Positions 28,701 through 40,306 of a stretch of 64,000 bases of DNA are shown here, in pieces. Each line of letters begins with the position of its first letter. Position 1 is the first letter of the stretch. Under the pieces are notes generated by a model. That model was not told the origin of the DNA. It made no database searches and saw only the letters and a program-made list of their open reading frames with translations. The stretch is from Enoplolaimus lenunculus (lineage: Eukaryota). The translations under genes were made by a program, and so were the position numbers. The stretch spans positions 186,001 to 250,000 of the forward strand of contig JASANG010001329.1 of the NCBI GenBank assembly GCA_030248215.1, given 5' to 3'.

Positions 28701-31274
28701 CTTTCTCTATTGGTTTCTTAAAGTATTAATTTGAAAACAAAATTTTATATTTAAATGGAATGTTAAGTATAATTCTTTTTCAGCCCATTGTCTGGCAGTC
28801 GTCCGCCAAAGACACCCATGACTGCGAGATGAAAGGCAAATCAGAGGTAAATTTAGTATTTTCGCAAAACACAGTAGATAGTTGTGGTATGCTTAGTCTC
28901 GGTGTTAGATTAGGTTATCAAAGGCTTATCTATTGATTAAATCCTCAGTTTTTTTCTAAGCCTTAATGTTATACGTGAAACAAAAATGCACAAGAGGCTG
29001 TGCTTGTTCTTTTGTCCTTTGCACAATTTAACAAAATTCAACTCTTCAGACTGTCCGAGGTTAATGAGAGGGCTAAACAAAATATTGTTAAAATGTTTAA
29101 GAAAAGTGTTATTTGTCGTGAAAGTTTTTGCAAATTATAAACATTTATAACGGGAGCAGCAGAGTATAATTTTCAAAATTTTATGTCGCGTCAGAATTAT
29201 TATTATTATTATTATTATATTATGTTAAGTATTCGGTTGCCGCAAGGTGAAAACTATTACTAAATGCATCCTATAATCAGTCTTAGAATGTGTAAACGAC
29301 CGAGATTTTTGTTAAACGAAATGTATAGACAGTCAGTACAAAAGGCGAAATAACGGCGCGGCGCTGTGCGTCTAACCTTGAACGAATACAAAGTTCTATA
29401 GTTACAACAGTTATAAAAGTGACCAAGGCTTCGCACATTTAAACTTTTCGTCAAATGGTATAATTTCAGATTGGGTACGCTGAATAAGAGCGCAATTGGT
29501 CTGTTTCTCAACCAATTTGTCCGCGACCCTCTCAGTTGAGAGCTGACTCTCAGGTCATTTCTCTAAGCTCAGTTGTAGGACTCTGTATGTAATTTAGTGT
29601 ATTGATCTTTTGAAGTCCTTAACTGTATCTTATAGCTATGGAACAAATTAACGTACTCACAAATTATATATACACCTGCGTTTACGTAATTTGTGCAGCG
29701 AGTCCCAAACTACAGTCACAGACACACCCACTGTTAGCAGTCTTAAATCTTCACACCCACGTTATGGTACACTTTATATACACAAGTGCCACAAATCCAT
29801 TAAATTGTGTGGACATGATTAACGCTTGAAAGACTTAATGATCTGTCGGCCCATCATAAACAGTCGGCTTTAAAGATGACGATGAGGTAGTGCTTTTCAC
29901 AGATGCTTAAGGAAAAATAACCCTCTGATCAGAAAACCGTGTGTAGTAATCAAATAAAAGCATTAATTTAATTGTTTTTACAGGAAGAATGCCACAATTA
30001 TATACGCGTGCTTGCCAAAGATCGAAAATTTGGAAGCGTTTTAGTTTGTGGAACGAATTCGTTCTCTCCAATGTGCCGCCGTTACGTGAGAATGGTAAGA
30101 TGATAATATTTTAAACGTATTGTTTAATCTAACATTGCAGTATTTAATAGAAGGCAAGACAATAAGTTGAAGTTGTCTGAATTGCAATGCAACTACGATG
30201 AGATTGAATACTGGTAAAAAGATATATTTCGCCTGTTTTTGTGGACTGTTTTATATTAAGAATAAAATGAACACTGAAACACTTATAATTGAATGCAATT
30301 ACGAGTCAATACTAGGATATTTACTTTGTTTGACCATCGCTACGAAAAAATTTGACAAAAATTGAGCAAACTTGTATGAAGAAGTTTGAGATTAAGCGTT
30401 AATATGACGGCAGTGAGACCTACAATACGACGTAAAAGGAAAATTTTAAAACAGAAACAGCCTAAGTTGGATTTCAAATTCAGGCTTGTTTAAGCTTCAA
30501 ATATTCGCGTGTGTTGCGTTCATAAAAATTAATGTTTATATGGTTTTTTAATTCATTCATCACTGTTCTATTTCAGGACGGCACGTACACCATGACATTA
30601 GAATTCGAAGGCGCTGGACTATCACCGTACGACCCGCAACATAACTCAACCGCATTATATTTGTCGGAAACGGAAGAAATTTATGCGGGAACTGTTGCCG
30701 ATTTTTCTGGTGCCGATGCGTTGATTTATCGCAAACAAGTGACCAGCGACCAAGTTGGACTGAGAACGAAACAAAGTGACAGTAACTGCTTGAATGGTTA
30801 GTTTTTTGGTTGAATAAATTGCTTGAGATATATATATTGTACTATATTATATTGCGACGTTGAGATATCGGAATATGTTATTGTCGGGCTCCATATACTG
30901 TTAAGTTCTTCATATAATGTTTCAGTAACCATTATGGACCCTAAACCGGATGTTACTCTTTATATTTCAGAACCAAACTTTATTGCTTCGTTTCAAGACG
31001 CGTCGCACGTTTACTTCTGGTTTCGTGAAAGTGCATCGGCAACCGAGTCAACTCGTTGCGGTCGCGCTGTTCATTCGCGTGTTGCTCGGGTCTGTCGCAA
31101 CGACAAAGGCGGCTCGCGTAGTCATCAAGATGTTTGGACGTCGTTTTTGAAAGCGTCGCTCAATTGCTCGTTGCCTGGCGATTATCCGTTTGCGTTCGAC
31201 CAAATAGGTATGTCTTTAAATTATTATTATTATTTTTATTACCATTCTTACAATTATTGTTGTTGTTATTGCTG

Positions 31275-31315
<41 letters not shown>

Positions 31316-34300
31316 GTTGTTGTTATTATTATTATTGTTCTTGTTGCTGTTCTTGTTGTTGTTGGTGTTGTTGTTACTCCTAGCAGGTTTGGTTTAGTGT
31401 TTGTTTTTTATGCAATTACTTTTAGTACGCAGTTGATTACAGACCTTCATGCAAGACCGCTGCATTTTGCAGCATAACCAACAAACGTGTCGTAAATGCA
31501 GTAGTACCTTAACAATTACGTTGCGTAGAGTTGACTTGATTTTCAACTGTTTATACGATTTAGGCAAATTAACTCAAGTTGTGGTGGTGATATTGCGTGC
31601 AAATTTACAGTTCGGATTCTGTTTTCTTGCTACAATTCTGACATAATTTTGCCGCTTCCGATCCTAATATAATAACCTTGTTCAGGTTTGCATAGTGACA
31701 TTTTTTGCAGAAGCAATATCAGATCCAGTGATAGACGAAACTGGTAACGAAATCATTTACGCTGCATTCAACACGCCGTATTCAAAACTGCGCGGCTCAG
31801 CAATTTGTGCATTTAGTATGCGTAGCATACGCAACAATTTTGACAACGGCGCATTTCGATTAGACTTCGGCGCCCGGCAGCAACATCCGTTCATGGATCC
31901 GCTGTATTTGGGCCCTAAACGGCCCGGATCGGTAAGACTTTGTAATCGTGGCCAATGTATACAACATGGCCGTAACAGTAGTATAGTAGTATAAGCATAT
32001 TTCTAAGCCTAAGCGTAAGAATGAGCTTATGCCTAAGCCCTATGCAAAATTTATATCAATAGCTTAAGCTTACTCTATCGCAGTCCCACAAAGACACGGT
32101 CCTCCCGTGATCTTTACATGGGCCGTAATTGTTATGGTTGTGTGGAGGCATAAGGCCTATCAATAATTTGTCTTCCATCTTTGTTTACTTTTTAACGTTA
32201 TACTACTTGCGAATTTGTAGCCGTTTCGTTCGGTATAATGTTTAAAAAGTAATTATGGCTCCACAAATGGATTGCTTGAAGGTCCATGCATAATACAGCC
32301 GTGATACTATCGTAGATAAGATAAACAATTAAAACAGTAAAAAGATTTTTGTTTAAGCTATAGCTTTTATGGCAACTCTTCCGCCGATTGTTTACAAACC
32401 CCGTTTGATTCTTTTGAAATACTCTTATAGTTGTATTAGGTTTCGGCGTTGCGTTAGGTTTAAAATCTGTATAATTCTAAACCCAATACTCGTGATCAAT
32501 GCAATCAGCACACATTTTGTCAAAAAATTAAAAAACAAATTTGTACTACAACGGTCGTAACGTAAGGGTTGTGCGAATACTTTACAGTGTCGGACGACAC
32601 CGCGCGCCAACACCGGTTGCTATGCGTTGCTAACCAAAATTATAGATAAAATCTGTTTGGTGGCGTGCTAATTTTTAACGTGCCACGCACCGAACGCGCG
32701 GTGAGTATAGCGCAATTTTAAATCAGTGCTGATATCAAACAATACCGCAACTGATATAGGGCACCTTTGATGTAAAATTTAAGTACTAACCTGTGTAGCG
32801 GAATTATTGATATTTCAGTGTTCAGTCAACAGCCAAATCTTACCTGACGAGACTGTGAGTTTTACTCAACAGCATCCGCTAATGAATAACGCAGTACCAA
32901 ATTACTTTTCAAAGCCAGTGATTGCGGTTGGAGGCAACAGGTAAATAAAATTTAATTGCGATGAAAATTGTTTTAAATTTTGTTTTGTGCTTTAAACCTC
33001 GGCCGTTGTTAGCGTTGAGGCTTAGGCTTTATTAGGTTATCCTTTTTCGGAATATAAGCGTACGCCTGAGCATGTGTGGGGAAAGTGTGTATGAGCTAAA
33101 AACTCCGCATTACTACTTAACGGTAAGACAATTTGTAGATTACAAGGATGGTGGCATCTGAATTTATAATATGATGAGCTGGCTACGAGCTTGTTTTATA
33201 AGATTGCTACAAGGTTTAGAATGTCAAGATTCTAATATTATTTTGTAAAAACAAAAACTGATAGTTAGGAAAAGTTATCGAATTAACTGTTTCTATTAAT
33301 TAATTAATTTCAGAAATCTTTTCACAAAGATAACGGTCGATCAGATTAAGGGAGTCGATAACGAAATTTACGACGTGTTGTTCGTTGGCACAGGTAAGAT
33401 TTTTGCTGTTGTTTGGAGTCCTACTCCTGTAAGCATCGGTGAAGGCTAAAAACATCAGCACGTAAGAATGTTTGTTGGTTGTAGTCGAAAGGCCATAATT
33501 GTCCTGCTTTAAACAGAAACCTATAATATGGTATTGTATTTTTGAATATAATAGCCATAGTCACTAGGTAGCGATGTGCTCGTAACTTCTCAAACAGCCG
33601 TAAATACTAAGCTTTTTAGGAAGCGGAACGCGAACATTCGTAGGTACAACGTCGTGAGCTCTTTGCGCTGAGTTCTGTATTAGTACTAAGTATTTTTAAT
33701 AGTTTCTTGCATAAGGAAGCTATGAGCAACTAAACGCTATGCAATGAGCGGTGTTTAACAATTATTAAACGTATGCGCAGTCAGACTCGAGCATCAAGTA
33801 GTCATACAGTGATGGTAAACGCCACTCATCCGAATGTCCTGGGCTTTGTTGGAGCTCAGATGAAATAGAATGTAGTCCTGTGGGAAAAGGTTTTTTCAAT
33901 TTTATAAATGTAATTTTTTTATAAATGTAATTTTTTTCCTAAATGCAAATTTATTTTTCTATATTGTTTTAGAAAACGGACAACTTCACAAATTCGTACG
34001 AATGCCTGGATCAAGTCGCACGCGTGGTTCTCCAGCCATAAACAGCGAGTCAGCGTCGATATTTGTCGAAACTGTGAACGTGTTCGATTCAGGACTACCA
34101 TCCCTTGCAATCAGCAATATATTTGTCTATCATCCGCCTCCATTGCGGTCGCTAAAGAAAGAAGGATCCACTCAGTATGAGTCGCTGCCAGAGTCTCAAC
34201 TTGTCGTAATAAGCTTTGATCAAATTGCAGGACTGCCGCTGTACCATTGTCACAATCAGTCATACAGTTGTTCAGCGTGTGTTGCATTACGCGATCCGTA

Positions 34301-37300
34301 CTGCGCTTGGGACATGACGGCAAAACGATGTGTCGGAAAAGGCAACGGGTAACAGATTTAGTTTATGAGGCGACTGGTGGAAGATCTTAATGTGCCGGAT
34401 CCTGTACGGGACGGGACTTGAGCTGGGTGGGGCTTAGTTTTCTCTCTGTCTGAACGCCTGCAATTTTATTAAATGCCTTGGATTGAAGAATGCAGCTTTT
34501 GCTGTTGATACATTATTTGCTAGATAAACAGATTAGTTCAAATTTCGAAGCAAAGGATGAGAAACATGGTGATTTCTGTTTATATTAGAATTGAATTGCT
34601 CCCTTCTAGAGGTCATAAATTTTTGGTCCCAATCTTCGTTTTCGGCAGTATTTTCCAGAATGAAATCCTGGTGGCTGTTACCAGCTTGCTAGCATACCTT
34701 GGTTGAATACCGATGTTTTTAAAAGGTGTAATAAATTGCCAATGCGTTCACATTTAAATGAAGCATTTTTGAACTTTACAGAAAATGGTCAGATGGCAAA
34801 TACGCTCAAAGCGTTCGAACCGGCGTTTCAAGCCTGTGCAAAGATGGATCGGGTGAGTAATTAGTTAAAAAAGTGAATTTAAAATTTGTGTTTAACTCAA
34901 TTAATGTGTTCCAACTTTGAAATTTCGTTGACACTTTTCTTGCTAGAGACAGCGGAACTAAAAAGGTTGAAGAAGGGGCGAGAAGGGATACGTCTATATC
35001 CACTGTTTAGCAAGTTTTTTAACCATTAAATTCTAAATAAAAGTGGAGGTCCTGCTTTAGATCAGTGCAATAATTTTACGTTGATGCAGTGTTTGTGCCA
35101 GGTTTTGCCGTTTTTCGCTTAGTGGTGTTCCTTCCATTATATAATTTGCGCAGTTTCACAAAAGGTGGTTACGCATGCAAGTTCACGCATTTGTATTTCA
35201 CGCATTTGTATTTTATATATATACATACATATATATATTGAGCAATGAAGGTGTTAAATGTAAAACATAGATCAATTATGTGAAGAACTAACAATATTAG
35301 TGTTTAAATCTGGTGTCTAATCGGCAATTTCTTTTCATAAAAAGAAAACGTGTAACCGCACATAACGCAGAACTTTCGCAACAAATACTGTACAAAACAA
35401 TGGCAAAACTTGGCTGTCTTATTGATTGTAATTTCTACCACCTTGTAAAACAAACTTTGTGAAAAAAACTGCCGTTTTACACAAATCGTTTCGCATTTTG
35501 TGAAAAATCGACAATATATACTTTGAATACGCAAAATGTCGCGTGACAACGCAGTAAAACAGTGCGGTGCGGTTTGCAGCGATTGTTAATCTGTTGATCG
35601 CAGTAGCTGAAATTGCATTCATATATAAATTGCATTCATATATGGATGACAATAGAGAGAGAAAGAGAGCGAAAAGATATATATGATGGTAGGCGCTAGC
35701 GATTTTTAGAAAGATTTGAATCGGGGAAACATGTATTAGTGCGTATTAAAGTTGTAAATCTTAAAGTTAAATACTTGGGCCAATGTATAGAACAGAGCCG
35801 TTGTAGCAGTATAAGCATATTATTCCTAAATGTAAGCCTAAGCGGCGTAAGAATGAGGTTATACTAAGCTTAAGCCTAAGCAAAAATAGTCTAAAGCTTA
35901 AGCATACAATATTGCAGTCCCGCAGAAAAACGTGCCGCCCCTGAATGGGAGAATATGTGTTAAGACTAGCGGGTTCCGGTGGATGTCGGTTTGCAGTTGG
36001 CCATCAGCTTTCTCTGTGGTCAATGTTACATTTAGGTCGTTAACAGCAGGTTAAGGATATGCCCAGACGTATAAGGGCTGTTCGGCAAAAATCAGGACTT
36101 TCGAAATATAAAATGGGTCAGTCCTGTGGTGCCGTAATTTTTGAGCTGCAGTTTTTGTTACAAGGTCTTAGAATAATTCACTAACAAAATTGGACAATAA
36201 ATGGTGTAATATAATTTAATAATCTCTAGATGTATCACTAATTAATACGTTTCTTGTCTTAAATTTTCAGGAAAATCATCGTTAAGCAAACCGTTACACG
36301 ATTTCACGTACCACGATGACGATGAAACCGACACTAGAACGTACTCAGCAAGTAAGTGTGCTTAAATCTGTCAAAAACTGTATTCTAACTTTTCAGAAAA
36401 TAATTTCACAAATTTCACTTAATTAGCTTTTAATCGAAAGAACGACCCACATCAGTTTTAGCGGCGTCTCGGTTTCTCGTGGGACTACAGTAGAGTGAAT
36501 TTTGGTTTAGTCAAATTCGTTGCAATTTTTTAATGTGTATGCTGTAAGCGTATTGTTGATACAACATTGTGCTTGTGTAAACGCAAATTTTAAAACACGT
36601 AAAACATTTCAGAAAGTTTTGGCACCAAAGGACGCGAAAATTCTGAATGCAACTGCCCGCACAAAAAATCATTACCTGGACTAGAAGATGGTGCGTATTC
36701 TGAAACGCCTGGCAGGACATCAGGTGAGTGAAATACTAAGTCAAATATATTATATATAAACCGCTTAAGTTTTAAAATGCGTTTGGCTTCTCGCTCGCTT
36801 CGCTCGCGAGTTTGGGTGCCCCCACCCTATATGTATATTTATATTTATATATACATTTTTATACAATTCCTATTTTGGTTAACTATTTCATGCTTTAAAT
36901 TGTTTGTCCAAGTCCACGTGTAAACATAGAATCCAACAAAACCTATTCTTACCTTGTAAATCAGATTATGTCCGTCCATGTCATGCTCGGACATTTCTTA
37001 CTAGTTATAAAATCCATGCTCTGTATAAAAGTGACCATTCAGCCCAAGCCTAAGACAGGTCTTTAAGTGGGTAAGCCGCCAAAATTATCAAATCTCGAGT
37101 TTTAAAATCTTTTATATTTTTTGCAGAATACGGCGCTGAAACAAGTGCAGTCAACAAGCGAGCAGCAAACTCAACTGCAGCGTACGGCCTTGAAAGCGTC
37201 GCGTTAGCAATCATCATTACCGTGTTCATTGCAGGAGTAATCGGGTTTGGCTTAGGGTACCGTGCGTGTGCTGGCGATTGGTTCCGTTGCAAAACCAAGA

Positions 37301-37758
37301 AACCCCCGTCAAAATACGCCAGTAGCAACGGCAGTCCACCGCCCCCTGCAAATTTCGCCATCAGCGGTTTTGGGGCTGGAAACAGCGCAGGGAACGCGAC
37401 CAAAAATTGGACTAATATCAACCAACGATTTTTCAACAATAACGTCCCGTCAAGTCGGAACGGATCGAGTTCAGTGTTGACAAATTCAACTGCCACAACA
37501 AAATCAAACAATTTTAGTGCTGGTATTGGAGGTACTGGTAGCGGGGGTGATATACAAATCAAGCTGCATCATAGTACTGGCCCTGTGATCGACGCGTATA
37601 ACGCGGCACCAAAATTTAACGGAGAACCTATATCGATGATGTTATCACTAGATGAATCGGCAAAATTCGACGCTGTCGACGGTAGCGACAGCCCAGCCGG
37701 GTTTAACGCGAACACTCTGCCAAAAGATTATAAAGTTAGCAGGAAAACGTATATTTGA
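19597..37758 (+). CDS. Sema1a: Transmembrane class-1 semaphorin (Semaphorin-1a / SMP-1-like), 15 coding exons, ~879 aa
   Basis: Hand-spliced exons 19597-19774, 27654-27744, 28418-28463, 28784-28846, 29984-30094, 30577-30796, 30971-31207, 31711-31931, 32819-32940, 33314-33393, 33973-34348, 34782-34852, 36271-36351, 36613-36723, 37127-37758. All introns are GT-AG with compatible phases; total 2640 nt. Sema motifs: [111 protein letters not shown] motif [15 protein letters not shown], then a TM helix and no Ig domain, which indicates class 1. Confidence 0.93.
21310..21754. mobile_element. Tc1/mariner-type MITE in semaphorin intron 1
   Basis: TA|CTGTATTGACCCGAATA ... TATTCGGGTCAATACAG|TA; perfect 17-bp TIR and TA TSD. 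Confidence 0.85.
24243..24416. mobile_element. Degenerate MITE with central CCTAAG-like repeats
   Basis: Imperfect TIRs GATAATTCGTTGCCCGACAACTTGT / ACAAGTTGTCCGACGACGAATTGTC. Confidence 0.5.
26381..26831. mobile_element. Family B MITE with a family A MITE (26413-26699) nested inside
   Basis: Inner element flanked by 8-bp TSD CTAGGGGG (26405-26412, 26700-26707); outer ends CAGGGCAATAGCC / GGCTACGACCCG. Confidence 0.8.
27199..27378. mobile_element. PIF/Harbinger-like MITE, GC-rich
   Basis: TTA|GGGTTACGCTATACT ... AGTATAGCGGAACCC|TTA; a related decayed copy lies at ~32565-32718. Confidence 0.8.
27654..27744 (+). CDS. Sema1a: Semaphorin exon 2
   Basis: ttttag| [29 protein letters not shown] |gtaagc. 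Confidence 0.88.
27782..27946. mobile_element. hAT-type MITE (family B) in semaphorin intron 2
   Basis: Ends CAGGCCCGTAGCCA / TGGCTACAGGACTG; perfect 8-bp TSD TCTCAGGA. Confidence 0.85.
28418..28463 (+). CDS. Sema1a: Semaphorin exon 3 (46 nt)
   Basis: ttttag| [16 protein letters not shown] |gtaagc; completes the GARN motif. Confidence 0.88.
28784..28846 (+). CDS. Sema1a: Semaphorin exon 4
   Basis: tttcag| [21 protein letters not shown] |gtaaat. Confidence 0.9.
29984..30094 (+). CDS. Sema1a: Semaphorin exon 5
   Basis: ttacag| [37 protein letters not shown] |gtaaga. Confidence 0.92.
30577..30796 (+). CDS. Sema1a: Semaphorin exon 6
   Basis: tttcag| DGTY...[13 protein letters not shown]...[15 protein letters not shown]...[12 protein letters not shown] |gttagt. 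Confidence 0.92.
30971..31207 (+). CDS. Sema1a: Semaphorin exon 7
   Basis: tttcag| EPNFIASF...VYFWFRE...[13 protein letters not shown]...[24 protein letters not shown] |gtatgt. Confidence 0.93.
31220..31378. repeat. (TAT)n/(TGT)n microsatellite at the start of intron 7
   Basis: Directly visible. Confidence 0.95.
31711..31931 (+). CDS. Sema1a: Semaphorin exon 8
   Basis: ttgcag| EAISD...IYAAFNTP...GSAICAFSM...PKRPGS |gtaaga. Confidence 0.92.
31950..32124. mobile_element. Merlin-like MITE (family C) with telomere-type repeats
   Basis: Ends GGCCAATGTA / TACATGGGCC; 8-bp TSD GTAATCGT / GTAATTGT; internal AAGCCTAAGC. Relatives at ~2137-2330 (reverse), ~35778-35960 and 42019-42169. Confidence 0.75.
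32819..32940 (+). CDS. Sema1a: Semaphorin exon 9
   Basis: TACTAAC branch-like motif at ~32784; tttcag| [40 protein letters not shown] |gtaaat. Confidence 0.9.
33314..33393 (+). CDS. Sema1a: Semaphorin exon 10
   Basis: tttcag| [27 protein letters not shown] |gtaaga. Confidence 0.9.
33973..34348 (+). CDS. Sema1a: Semaphorin exon 11 (end of Sema domain, start of PSI)
   Basis: ttttag| ENGQLHKFV...[38 protein letters not shown] |gtaaca. Confidence 0.9.
34782..34852 (+). CDS. Sema1a: Semaphorin exon 12 (end of PSI)
   Basis: ttacag| [24 protein letters not shown] |gtgagt. Confidence 0.85.
36271..36351 (+). CDS. Sema1a: Semaphorin exon 13 (stalk, symmetric phase 1)
   Basis: tttcag| [27 protein letters not shown] |gtaagt; 81 nt, open frame. 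Confidence 0.7.
36613..36723 (+). CDS. Sema1a: Semaphorin exon 14 (stalk, symmetric phase 1)
   Basis: tttcag| [37 protein letters not shown] |gtgagt; 111 nt, open frame. Confidence 0.65.
37127..37758 (+). CDS. Sema1a: Semaphorin last exon (TM helix and cytoplasmic tail)
   Basis: ttgcag| YGAE...[24 protein letters not shown]...SPPPPA...[17 protein letters not shown]. Confidence 0.88.
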
Positions 37759-39747
37759 TCGTACTTGAGGGCATTCCACTAATGCGGGATAATAGGAGAA
37801 ATTCCTATGCTGGTGCTTTGGAGAAATCCCCATTGATAACCTGTCGCTCGAAGGGTAATGGTGCTAACGTGAAAATTTCTGGTAGGTGGCAGCGCAGGGG
37901 TTCGCATTTGCTGCGATTTTGGGAGTACCGCTAAATCAGGGTTAACTAAGCATGTAATTATTTATTTAAGTGGAAGGCTTCTTAAGCTGAATTACTCCTA
38001 TTATATGAGGAACCGCTTTCAGGATTAATGCCGGTATACTGAACTAGCTATGTAATTAATGACTCGCTAATATAGCTAAATGTGCAGTATATTAAAACAG
38101 TCTGGTCATTTAAAGCTGCCAATGATTTTTGTGCACGACAAATTTGATTGTGACTATAATGAGTGCAAATTGAACTATGAACATTATGGAAATATACCAG
38201 CGGACCGGCTTCGGGCAAAACAATGTTTATATGAATGCATCTCATGTTTCTGGTCGTTTAAGACGTTTTCCGAATGAAACATATCTATAATCTCTACCGA
38301 TCTCTGGCTACTATTATGTATTCAATCAATTTGGACTTATCCACTTTTTCCTCGAAGTCATAATTGCTTTTCCTAGCCAGCATAGTTTTCGCTGTGACAA
38401 TAAATAAGTACAACTGCATCAGCAACGACAACAACTTCAATGCATTTTGTAAGGGAATTCCAGTATTTGACTTGAATTTGTGACGTTTACATTGATATTT
38501 CAAAGACTAAACCTGCATTCCATTCAACAGCTGTACTTGCTGATTTTGGTTTGGCGCACAGACTACCAAATTATCAAGCGATATCCGATGTATGTCAACC
38601 TCAAATTGCAGTTACACCCTAACATTTAAAAGGTTAAACTTTGATGCAACTGCAAAAACATGGTTTTCAAAGCTAAATTTTAGTCAGTTTAGCAATTGTT
38701 AATTGTTGGAAAACTCTGCTCAGAGTTAGAAACGTGTTTTCGTTCTGGTGCTACTACTACTGCTACTACTACAACTACTACTCCTATTATTATTATTATT
38801 ATTATTATTTCCAGAAAGAATCATGGAAACTTTACATGAGCATACATTGAGGCACTTTATGAATGCTCAAACTATCTGAAGTCTGTTGAAATTATTGCTT
38901 ACAATCAGGCTTTGAAACAGCAACTACTATTGTTAACGTTTCAGTTACAACCAGCTACTATATAAGCTTTGAAACGGATATGATTTGACTAAATATCTGC
39001 AACTCCTCTGTTTGCGCATATACGAATTTTGAATCAGAGAGTATCCATGGTGAATTCTTAATCAAATTTGCTATACGGATCGAACACAGAGAAAACTGCA
39101 ATTTTTATCTGAATGAATTATGAAAATCAAAACTATGGTTCTCATTGTATATGTTGTTTTTATATTAATGGCGTCAAAGGGTACGTCAGTGAAGGGGTAA
39201 ATGAGGCCATTGCCCATCCCAGGGGCTTTTAAAAAAATATATTTTAGTTTATCGTAAATGTATGTTGGCTTAAGCCAACTATCAATTTTACACGAGAAGC
39301 ATTTTGACGTATACCATGGGTAGGGCTAAATTCGAACCAAAATCCTGACATCGCCCAAGTACGACAAAAGCCAGAGCCCATTTCATTCCTGGTTGTTTGG
39401 TCTACAAAAGAAAGTAATTTAGATTCATCAGGATATTTACAATTTATTCAAACAGTTTTTTTACAACAGGTTCTGGACATAGGCGCCGGGAGCGGGGGGC
39501 AGGGGGGCACTTGCCACCCGAATTTTCAGATTGTTGGGGACACAGCCACTGTCCCAATATTGACCAGAGCTCACAATATCAAACTGTACAGTACCTGTTC
39601 TACCAACACAACCCAAACCTGAGAACATCAGATGAAAGACCTAGATATTCTGGATCCACCTCTACATTGGGATCACCAAAATGGAGTATGGCGGGAGTCC
39701 CCACCCCTGTCTACTCCGGCACTGATGAGGTTCACAAAAACGATTAA

Positions 39748-40010
39748 CCCTTTCTCACATAAATATTTTCTATTTCCCCTGAGACCTACTTTTATGCTAG
39801 GATTCGAACTCCAGTGACTGGAGTGGGAGGCAAATACCATCACCACTCAACTATAGGAGCTTGACGGTCGAGCCCGAGGGAGCTCTCACGTCTTGTGGTG
39901 ATTTAGTACTACGTATACGTGTTGCAATTGTTAAGCACGGTGCGATATATACTATTTAATGTATATAAACTGCGCTAAGTTGCCTACAGGCAACTCAATG
40001 TGAGAAGGGG
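39748..40010. mobile_element. piggyBac-type MITE copy 1 (263 bp) with internal tRNA-like A/B boxes (- strand)
   Basis: TTAA|CCCTTTCTCACAT ... ATGTGAGAAGGGG|TTAT; A box TAGTTGAGTGG (39853-39843), B box AGTTCGAATCC (39810-39800). Confidence 0.8.
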
Positions 40011-40043
40011 TTATAGATAGTAAACTGAAAATTTTTCGCTTAA

Positions 40044-40306
40044 CCCTTTCTCACATAAATATTTTCTATTTCCCCTGAGACCTACTTTTATGCTAGGATT
40101 CGAACTCCAGTGACTGGAGTGGGAGGCGAATACCATCACCACTCAACTATAGGAGGTTGACGCTCGAGCCCGAGGGGGCTCTCACGTCTTGTGGTGATTT
40201 AGTACTACGTATACGTGTTGCAATTGTTAAACACGGTGCGATATATGCTATTTAATGTATATAAACTGCGCTAAGTTGCCTACAGGCAACTCAATGTGAG
40301 AAGGGG
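40044..40306. mobile_element. piggyBac-type MITE copy 2 (263 bp)
   Basis: TTAA|CCCTTTCTCACAT ... ATGTGAGAAGGGG|TTAA; about 6 substitutions versus copy 1. Confidence 0.82.

Noticed and set aside
30823..31383. 186-aa ORF with a poly-Tyr/Cys tail
   Set aside because: Only 30971-31207 is exonic; the remainder is intron and microsatellite read-through.
37050..37562. 170-aa minus-strand ORF
   Set aside because: Antisense shadow of the semaphorin last exon; no independent features.
39720..39750. CTGATGAG as a hammerhead ribozyme core
   Set aside because: No GAAA after a stem II, and no stem I/III pairing found.
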